Made by a program: the position numbers and the translations under genes. A model generated the notes under the pieces. The model did not search any database and was not told where the DNA came from. It saw only the letters and a list, made by a program, of their open reading frames with translations. DNA of 32,000 nt from Candidatus Nanoclepta minutus (GTDB taxonomy: Archaea > Nanobdellota > Nanobdellia > Nanobdellales > Nanobdellaceae). This document shows, one piece after another, positions 25,082-32,000 of this stretch (position 1 is its first letter; every line of letters begins with the position of its first letter). The DNA is taken from NCBI GenBank assembly GCA_003568775.1, contig MWMI01000004.1, positions 43,389 through 75,388 on the forward strand, written 5' to 3'.

Positions 25082-26682
25082 TCATACATCCTTCTAATAT
25101 ATTCTCTTAAGGTTCTATAAATATTGAATAGGGGACCAATAGTTTTTATAGCATTCTTACATATCCTCAAATACTCTTTATAATTATATCTATACAAATA
25201 AAATATTTGATCCAACTTTTCATAAAATTCTTTTATATCCTTTTCCTCATCATAGGGCTCATTCGGATCCATTCTATTACTTCCAAACAACCAACCATTA
25301 TATTCATCAATTATTCCCTCTATAACGCTTCCATCCCTAGAAGCTAGTACGGGAACTCCGTTCATAGAAGCCCTCATCCAAGAGGTACCGGAAGCCTCAA
25401 ACGGTGGTCTTGGAATATGCAAGAATAGATCACTTCCAGAAATTATATATTTCTCTATTTCAACACCCCTCTTTAATATCAAAGCTATTGGAACATCTAC
25501 CGTAGACATCACATCCATAATCCATTTTAAAGTATTTCTAACATATTCATCCGCTGGATGGAATGCTCCGGATAATAGGAACTGTATTTTATATTTCTTA
25601 TTGAGCTCTTCTAATTTCTCTAATCTCCATAATGGCATATGGAACCTTTTATATTCTACTAACCTCCTTCTAATAGAGAAGGTAATTCTATCCGAAGTAA
25701 AAGATCTATTTAAATAAGCTTCAGAATTTACGTAGTCCATCAACTCCTCTTTTAGTATTCTCTTTATCCTATAGAATTCTGGATCTGGAATATAATCAGC
25801 ATAGGCCAACATAGAAGGCTCTTTTTTCCATCCCTTTAAATAAATATCGAATAGATTTGCTAATTTTCTATTAATCCATCTATAATGAAGGACTCCATTT
25901 GTTATATAGTCAATCTTATATCCAAATACCTTTTCCGTAACTTTGCTATGTTTCCATGAAACTGCATTCTTCTTACCAGATAGCTCTAACAATATTTTCG
26001 TTAAATTCAACTCATTTTGGGATATCTTTTTAATTTCATCTGGTATATCATAGTATTTTTCTACCAAATCGTATGAAAAGGTATCATGACCTGCCAATAT
26101 TGAATGGGTTGTAAAAACTACCTTATCCCTTACTTCCTCCATGTTATTATACCTCTTCAACAGCTCTATCGCAAGGAAACCTCCATGCGATTCGTTAAGA
26201 TGAAACTTATCTATTTCTATTCCTAATTTGTCAAATATCCTTAGAGCACCTAATCCCAATAGAATATCCTTTACTAACTTTTCTTCCTGATTGTTTTCAA
26301 AGTATAGTTTATCCGTAAGCTTCCTCACCCAAGTAGGATTATCCGGACAGCTTGTATCGATTAAGAATAGCTTTACATTTGGCAAGGAATATCTCCAAAC
26401 CTCAAAGTAAATCTTTAGATTCTTCAGGTCTATAGAAATTTTTTCATCTTCCTTATTAAAATACTCTATGGGATCGTATTCTTCATCCTCCAAAACTATA
26501 TTATTGTTCTCTATCTTGAATCTTGCATATCCCTTCCTGCTTATCAAACATACACCATAAAATGGGACCTCGAGATCGTTTGCAGCATAAAGCATATCCC
26601 CAGCAAGTATCCCTAAACCACCGGCATACGTTGGCAGTTTCCCTATAGAAAACTCCATAGAAACATATACAATTTTCTTCAT
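25078..26682 (-). CDS. Alpha-glucan (glycogen/maltodextrin) phosphorylase family protein, short archaeal type, with PLP-Lys replaced by Arg
   Basis: The N-terminus YAGGLGILAGDMLYAANDLEVPFYGV and the C-terminal EASGTSWMRASMNG match the GT35 phosphorylase signatures. The canonical K is R. Confidence 0.75.
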   Translation of the reverse strand: MKKIVYVSMEFSIGKLPTYAGGLGILAGDMLYAANDLEVPFYGVCLISRKGYARFKIENNNIVLEDEEYDPIEYFNKEDEKISIDLKNLKIYFEVWRYSLPNVKLFLIDTSCPDNPTWVRKLTDKLYFENNQEEKLVKDILLGLGALRIFDKLGIEIDKFHLNESHGGFLAIELLKRYNNMEEVRDKVVFTTHSILAGHDTFSYDLVEKYYDIPDEIKKISQNELNLTKILLELSGKKNAVSWKHSKVTEKVFGYKIDYITNGVLHYRWINRKLANLFDIYLKGWKKEPSMLAYADYIPDPEFYRIKRILKEELMDYVNSEAYLNRSFTSDRITFSIRRRLVEYKRFHMPLWRLEKLEELNKKYKIQFLLSGAFHPADEYVRNTLKWIMDVMSTVDVPIALILKRGVEIEKYIISGSDLFLHIPRPPFEASGTSWMRASMNGVPVLASRDGSVIEGIIDEYNGWLFGSNRMDPNEPYDEEKDIKEFYEKLDQIFYLYRYNYKEYLRICKNAIKTIGPLFNIYRTLREYIRRMYE

Positions 26683-26726
26683 GATATCTAATTCGATCCT
26701 CTATTTTAAAATATAAAGTTTTGTAA

Positions 26727-28388
26727 CTAATTCCTAACAATATCCTCCAAAAAGTATATATTTAACTCCTTTTTTAGGAATTCCTTAATATCGGATACTT
26801 TTATCCTTATTTGTTCCTTCGTATCCCTATATCTTATAGTCACTGTATTGTCTTCAAAGGTTCTTTCATCTATAGTAATGCAAAATGGTGTTCCAATACT
26901 ATCCTGCCTTCTATATCTTTTTCCAATACTTCCAGAATCATCATAATAAACTATAAAGCTTAACCTCAATTCCTCAAATATTTCTCTTGCTTTTTCAACA
27001 TGTTTATCTTTACTTTCCAATAGGGGGAATACTGCTACCTCTATCGGAGCTAGATATGGAGGTAACTTCAAGATTCCAGATCTCTCATCGTATAGAACCC
27101 ATAAAATTGAAAATATATTCCTATCAACTCCAAAAGACAGCTCTAGCTCTATAGGTAGAACCTTCCTATTATTTATATTTACTATAAAGTTCGTATTTTT
27201 TGAATAGATTAAATGCTTCCATAGATCATATCCAACTATTACTTCTTCCTTATCTCCAAAAATTTCTAGAATTTTCTCCCTCAATTCTCTATCCCCTATC
27301 CTTTCCAAATCTTCTCTCCTCAATTTGATAGCCCTGAAGTGAATACCACCAACCTCAATCCATCCTAAACTATCAAGGTAAACTTCTACATCAAAGTGAT
27401 ACATATTATAGAAAGCCTTCTCTTTCTCCGATAGCTCATAGAACCTAAACCTATCCTTAGGTATCCTCAATACATCTAAATAAAACTGCTGTATCTTATA
27501 CATAAAATATAGATAGAATTTTGGAAGATATCCCTCTAAATCTCTCAACTTTACTTTAATAAAATCGTTTCCCCTTTCTCTATCTCTAACTAATAGAACG
27601 TTAATTTCTTTATCCTTAACTCTTTCATAGAGTTCATCGAACTCATTTGAGACAAAAAATATCTGGAGTTCTGCCTGCTTGAATTCTCTCATCCTAATTA
27701 AAGCGTTCCTTGGAGAGATCTCGTTCCTGTAAGCCTTACCTATAATTGCTAGTCCAAGGGGGAGTTTATACCTATTTATTATTATTTCTATAGGGAAATT
27801 AACGTAAGCTCCCTGTGCAGTCTCGGGTCTTAGGAAATACCTATTTTCCTTAAACCTCTTATAGCTCTCCAGAAGCTCCTCTTTATCTATTTTTCCAGAT
27901 TTTAAATAGTCCTCTAATAAGAGGAAGAGATCCTGCTCCGGACCTATCATAGCTGGAACCATCAAGTTGAATAATCTTACCTCAGAAAGTTCGGATTTAC
28001 ATATAGGACATAACATCTTCTTCTCCCTTATTATTTCATTTATTTCCTTTATACTTAAGCCTTCCACTTTTATTTTCAATGTTTCTTCAATTAATTTATC
28101 GGCCCTAAACCTATGTCCATTCTTACATTCAGTAATAGGATCGTTAAATAGTTCCAAATGACCGGAGGCTTTGAAAACAATATCTTTCATAACCTCAGAC
28201 GGTTCTATCTCCCAGAAGTTTGGATATAACTTTAAGAAAAAGTTCCTCCAAAGGTTTTCAAACTTCAATTCCAGAATCTTTCCTAAGCTTCCATAATCAT
28301 AAAATCCTGTCTTTCCTCCATAGATTTCTTCTGAATTATAAAAGAAACCCTTTTCTTCGCAAAACTTGATAAAAGATTCTATATCCAT
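26727..28388 (-). CDS. glyS: Glycyl-tRNA synthetase (archaeal/eukaryotic alpha2 type)
   Basis: It has YGGKTGFYDYGSLG near the N-terminus, class II core motifs (FRNEISPR-like YRNEISPRNALIRMREF) and a C-terminal anticodon-binding domain. Length is 553 aa. Confidence 0.92.
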   Translation of the reverse strand: MDIESFIKFCEEKGFFYNSEEIYGGKTGFYDYGSLGKILELKFENLWRNFFLKLYPNFWEIEPSEVMKDIVFKASGHLELFNDPITECKNGHRFRADKLIEETLKIKVEGLSIKEINEIIREKKMLCPICKSELSEVRLFNLMVPAMIGPEQDLFLLLEDYLKSGKIDKEELLESYKRFKENRYFLRPETAQGAYVNFPIEIIINRYKLPLGLAIIGKAYRNEISPRNALIRMREFKQAELQIFFVSNEFDELYERVKDKEINVLLVRDRERGNDFIKVKLRDLEGYLPKFYLYFMYKIQQFYLDVLRIPKDRFRFYELSEKEKAFYNMYHFDVEVYLDSLGWIEVGGIHFRAIKLRREDLERIGDRELREKILEIFGDKEEVIVGYDLWKHLIYSKNTNFIVNINNRKVLPIELELSFGVDRNIFSILWVLYDERSGILKLPPYLAPIEVAVFPLLESKDKHVEKAREIFEELRLSFIVYYDDSGSIGKRYRRQDSIGTPFCITIDERTFEDNTVTIRYRDTKEQIRIKVSDIKEFLKKELNIYFLEDIVRN

Positions 28389-28424
28389 ATAAGAAATAAA
28401 AAAGGTTTTCTTAAAAATTTAATC

Positions 28425-29756
28425 ATGGAAATAGAAGTGATCGGATTAGGAGGATACTCAAACGTTATCCCAAATATGACAGCTATTAGAATAGATGAGG
28501 ATGTATTGATAATAGATGCCGGAATTGATGTTGATAAAATATCCCAATTTAATGAAAGAGAGGCAATAGGAGAGATATCAATAGATAAACTATATGAAAT
28601 AGAGGCAATTCCAGATGATAGGGTATTAGATAAATATAAAGATAAAATAAGAGCAATTATAGTAAGCCATGGACATTTGGATCATTCCGGTTCTATCCCA
28701 ATAATAGCTAAAAAGTATAATGTACCGATATATTTAACTCCTTTTACTTATGGGATCGTAAAAGATTTGTTTGAAGATTATGAGATAGGTTTATCTAAGA
28801 ACTTGAAGATGATACCACCTAACTATTCTATAAATATAGGTAAAAATTTGGAGATAGAATTCGTTCACTCCACTCATTCCATACCTCATACCGTAATGGT
28901 TAACATAAAAACTGAAAGGGGAAACATACTATTTTCATCCGATTTCAAATTTGATAATTTCCCTATAATTGGAAAGAGACCAAACTATAATAAAATAAGG
29001 GAGATAGGAAAAGAGGGAGTATTATTACTTATAACGGAGACAGTTAGAGCAGATGAAGAATCGAAAACCCCATCAGAAATTGTAGCTAAATATATGTTAT
29101 ATGATGTACTTTTTTCTTTAGATACGGAGGGTATTATCGTAACTACCTTCGCCTCCCATATAAGCAGACTAAAAAGCATAATAGAAATAGCCTATGAGCT
29201 AGGGAGGCAACCTATAATGGTTGGGAGGAGCTTACAGAGGTATACATCAATATCCGAAAACTTGGGAATCTACAAGTTCTCCGAAGCATGTAAGATCTAT
29301 GGAGATTCTAGAGAATTTCCAAAAGTATTAAAGGAAGTATCGAAAAATAAGGAAGATTACCTTCTGATAGTTACTGGACATCAGGGAGAACCAGGTTCTG
29401 TACTAAATAGAATGGCAAAGGATCAATTACCTTTCGACTTTGAAAATACAACAGTAATCTTTTCAAATAACGTTATCCCAACACCAATAAATGAGGCTAA
29501 TAGAAAAATACTAGAAGAGAGACTGAAAAGAAAGAAGGCACATATAATAAAAGACGTACATGTATCCGGTCATGCAAAGACAGAAGATCACAGGATATTA
29601 CTTAAGCTAGTTAATCCTGAATACATAATCCCCTCACATGGCAACGCACTAAAAAAAGCAGCATATTACAACAACGTTGCAGAGGAATTTGGATATACGC
29701 TCGGAGAAGACGTATTTATGTTGGAGGATGGACAGAGCAAAAAAATAATAGTATAA
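28425..29756 (+). CDS. rnj: Ribonuclease J (metallo-beta-lactamase / beta-CASP family)
   Basis: It has the HxHxDH motif SHGHLDHSG and the beta-CASP motif HVSGHA...PSHGN. Length is 443 aa, matching the archaeal RNase J size. Confidence 0.85.
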   Translation: MEIEVIGLGGYSNVIPNMTAIRIDEDVLIIDAGIDVDKISQFNEREAIGEISIDKLYEIEAIPDDRVLDKYKDKIRAIIVSHGHLDHSGSIPIIAKKYNVPIYLTPFTYGIVKDLFEDYEIGLSKNLKMIPPNYSINIGKNLEIEFVHSTHSIPHTVMVNIKTERGNILFSSDFKFDNFPIIGKRPNYNKIREIGKEGVLLLITETVRADEESKTPSEIVAKYMLYDVLFSLDTEGIIVTTFASHISRLKSIIEIAYELGRQPIMVGRSLQRYTSISENLGIYKFSEACKIYGDSREFPKVLKEVSKNKEDYLLIVTGHQGEPGSVLNRMAKDQLPFDFENTTVIFSNNVIPTPINEANRKILEERLKRKKAHIIKDVHVSGHAKTEDHRILLKLVNPEYIIPSHGNALKKAAYYNNVAEEFGYTLGEDVFMLEDGQSKKIIV

Positions 29757-29771
29757 AAACAATTTATTTTT

Positions 29772-30287
29772 ATGAGAGGAATCAACGTTTATATAGAATA
29801 CATATTGCTTACGATCATAACACTCTCTATGCTTTCCTACCTATACTTTTACTACCAAAATAATAAAGAACTATTCTTAAAGTTATTTGAAAATAAAGAA
29901 GAAGAGCTCAGCTTTGAAAAATTGAACAGTATGATAAATTATGCAATCGGATTCTACAGTTCATCTTTCGATTTTAACATAAAGTCTAATGGGGTATGCA
30001 GGAATAACTTCATAGTTTTCTATAGAAACTCTATTTGCTATCCGGACACGTTAAATATCAGCTATTCTGGAGACATAATATATGTAAACGGCTCCTACTA
30101 TCTTTACTCCAATTCAACTAGCTTATATTATTCGATGGACCCAAAGAATCCTATCTCCCTTGAAGGATGTTACGAGGGGAGGTTCAGCTATATAGTCCTC
30201 TCATCTCTTTGCTATGGAATGTGTATAGGAAAATGCTACATTAAAGTTCTGAAAGAAGGAAAAAATATAACAATTTATTTATCATAA
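29772..30287 (+). CDS. Pilin-like/TM-anchored Cys-rich protein (171 aa)
   Basis: It is the fourth gene starting with MRG plus a hydrophobic helix (MRGINVYIEYILLTIITLSMLSYLYF). The remainder is rich in Cys, Tyr, Ser and Asn. It lies upstream of a pilus-type ATPase. Confidence 0.5.
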   Translation: MRGINVYIEYILLTIITLSMLSYLYFYYQNNKELFLKLFENKEEELSFEKLNSMINYAIGFYSSSFDFNIKSNGVCRNNFIVFYRNSICYPDTLNISYSGDIIYVNGSYYLYSNSTSLYYSMDPKNPISLEGCYEGRFSYIVLSSLCYGMCIGKCYIKVLKEGKNITIYLS

Positions 30288-30288
30288 A

Positions 30289-30456
30289 ATGCAACTAACA
30301 ATAGAAAACCTCCTCTATATTCTGTTATCGATCTTAATTATATCTTCCCTCTATATCTTCTACCAAAATGTTATATCTTCTCAACTAAATCAGTTGATTA
30401 TCATAATAAAAGATATAGAAAACTTTTACTACATCCTACTTTCATATAACTATTAA
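30289..30456 (+). CDS. Small hydrophobic protein (55 aa), not in the ORF track
   Basis: I translated it by hand from ATG 30289 to TAA 30454-30456: MQLTIENLLYILLSILIISSLYIFYQN.... It starts 1 nt after the upstream stop, inside the pilus-like sub-locus. Confidence 0.35.
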   Translation: MQLTIENLLYILLSILIISSLYIFYQNVISSQLNQLIIIIKDIENFYYILLSYNY

Positions 30457-30485
30457 AAAATCCGAGAACATATTTCATATATCTT

Positions 30486-32000
30486 ATGGGAAAAATAGAG
30501 ATCTCATCTCTACTGTCCATATTTGATGAATATGTAAGATCCGAAAGGAAAATACCTGAATTTCCTAATGTTAAAAAGAGGGAAAAAGTAAAGGTATCCT
30601 ATCCTCTGATACCTCATTTTGCATATGCACATATCTACTATGATCCTCTATCGGACGACCTATTGTATGAAGTATTAGAACCCGAGCTTTCTTATAAGGA
30701 AATAGAGCTTTTACCTAAAATAAAATCCTATATATTAGACTTCCTATATTCGAATCCAGACGAATTCATAGAAAGATCAAAGGAATACATAATTCTAAAA
30801 ATCTTGGTAGAATATATAAACAAAAACAAAATAAAAATAGATAGTAAGGATGATATATTGAAGATCTATTATTATTTATGGAGGGATCTAATTGGATTGG
30901 AAAGGATAGAACCATTATTTTATGATCCATTTATTGAAGATATATCATGCGATGGATATAATACTTATGTATTCGTCAATCACAGCAAATTTGGTATATT
31001 AAGGACGAACATAGTATTCTCTGAAAAAGAATTAGATGATCTAATCCTAAAAATAGCCCAAAAAACTGGAAGAAACATTTCATATTCAGAACCTCTATTG
31101 GACGCTACCTTACCGGATGGATCAAGAGTTAACGCAACCTATTCAAGGGAAATTACTACTAGAGGTCCAACTTTTACAATAAGGAAGTTTAAGAGAGATC
31201 TGTTAACAATAACGGATTTAATATATAATAATACATTGTCTATAGAAATCGCATCCTACCTTTGGTGGGCAGTAGAAAATAGGGCAAACATATTAATAGC
31301 CGGAGGAACATCATCTGGAAAAACAACCTTATTGAACAATCTATCCCTATTTATACCACCAAACGCAAAGATAGTTTCTATAGAAGATACTAGAGAACTC
31401 CAACTCTATCAAGAGAACTGGATACCTACTCTATCCAGAAAGGGTTTTATGATAGGAGGAAACCTCTATGGGGAGGTTACGCTGTATGATTTATTAAAAG
31501 AAGCTATGAGACAGAGTCCAGATTACTTAATCGTTGGAGAAATAAGAGGTAAAGAGGCCTACGTTATGTTTCAGGCTATGGCATCAGGACATGCAACTTT
31601 ATCAGCAATTCACTCCGATAACCTTGTATCTCTGATAAAGAGGTTAGAGGCAGATCCTATAAGGATACCGAGGGAATACCTACATCTAATAGACGTTGTA
31701 GTTTTTATAACAAAGGCTCCAACGATCTCTTCTTCTGCAAGGAGGATAAGGGAGATAATAGAAATAGGGAAACCGGAAAAGGAAAGTGAGCTGAATACCT
31801 ATGAAGTATGTAAATGGAATCCTTTCCTAGACGATTTCCATACAAACATAGAGGGAAGCATTCTAATAGAGAAGATGAAGGGTAAAATTAGTATTAATGA
31901 AAAGGATTTTATTAAAAATATAAAAGAGAAGGAAAGAGTCTTGAAATATATTGTTAAGAAAAGATATAGGGATTTCAAAAAGCTTTCCGAAATATTAAAG
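30486..32000 (+). CDS. Type IV pilus/archaellum assembly ATPase (FlaI/ArlI-GspE-VirB11 superfamily), 3' end outside the window
   Basis: The frame is open from ATG 30486 to the window end (505 codons), which is why it is absent from the ORF track. Motifs are Walker A GGTSSGKTTLLN (about 31302-31337), Asp box VSIEDTRELQL, Walker B DYLIVGEIRG and His box GHATLSAIHS. Confidence 0.88.
   Translation, partial: MGKIEISSLLSIFDEYVRSERKIPEFPNVKKREKVKVSYPLIPHFAYAHIYYDPLSDDLLYEVLEPELSYKEIELLPKIKSYILDFLYSNPDEFIERSKEYIILKILVEYINKNKIKIDSKDDILKIYYYLWRDLIGLERIEPLFYDPFIEDISCDGYNTYVFVNHSKFGILRTNIVFSEKELDDLILKIAQKTGRNISYSEPLLDATLPDGSRVNATYSREITTRGPTFTIRKFKRDLLTITDLIYNNTLSIEIASYLWWAVENRANILIAGGTSSGKTTLLNNLSLFIPPNAKIVSIEDTRELQLYQENWIPTLSRKGFMIGGNLYGEVTLYDLLKEAMRQSPDYLIVGEIRGKEAYVMFQAMASGHATLSAIHSDNLVSLIKRLEADPIRIPREYLHLIDVVVFITKAPTISSSARRIREIIEIGKPEKESELNTYEVCKWNPFLDDFHTNIEGSILIEKMKGKISINEKDFIKNIKEKERVLKYIVKKRYRDFKKLSEILK

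Noticed and set aside
26501-26740. A 79-aa minus-strand ORF bridging the GlyRS stop and the phosphorylase start.
   Set aside because: It is out of frame with, and mostly inside, the phosphorylase N-terminus, which has strong family motifs. It would also consume the phosphorylase promoter region.
1-32000. A search for CRISPR arrays, transposases or IS elements, integrases next to the two tRNAs, and split-tRNA halves.
   Set aside because: I saw no regularly spaced repeats, no transposase- or integrase-like ORFs, and no additional GC-rich RNA-like islands. The only GC-rich islands are the 5S rRNA and the two tRNAs.

Overview
This is an AT-rich, very compact archaeal chromosome segment. Neighbouring genes abut or overlap by 1-17 nt, and the only GC-rich stretches are structural RNAs, which is typical of a thermophile. 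Conserved archaeal operons are broken up: the S17-L14-L24-S4e-L5 block lies about 18 kb from secY, on the opposite strand. From this I infer a reduced DPANN/Nanoarchaeota-like genome; that is inference, not an identification.

Contents:
- A ribosomal-protein block, an orphan 5S rRNA and RNase P protein Rpp21.
- Translation and RNA housekeeping genes: Pth2, LigT/ThpR, L40e, TruD, TrpRS, GlyRS and RNase J.
- tRNA-Ser(CGA) and tRNA-Ala(CGC).
- A six-gene glycosylation cluster of four glycosyltransferases bracketed by two FkbM-type methyltransferases.
- A secY-DUF106-L34e-L14e cluster.
- Two separated type IV pilus/archaellum-like sub-loci.

Most notable observations:
1. A translationally coupled pair of large orphan proteins at 16266-19923. 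The second protein carries a full endonuclease IV / xylose-isomerase-like TIM-barrel metal-ligand set, split by a roughly 300-aa helical insertion.
2. Three unannotated C/D-box sRNA candidates with exact 7+12+4+3+7+12+4 nt geometry. Two of them are tandem and fill the whole 93-nt gap at 24985-25081.
3. An alpha-glucan phosphorylase homolog whose PLP-binding lysine is arginine.
4. Three consecutive FlaF/FlaG-like genes that all start with MRG, the last fused to DUF2341 and lectin-like domains.
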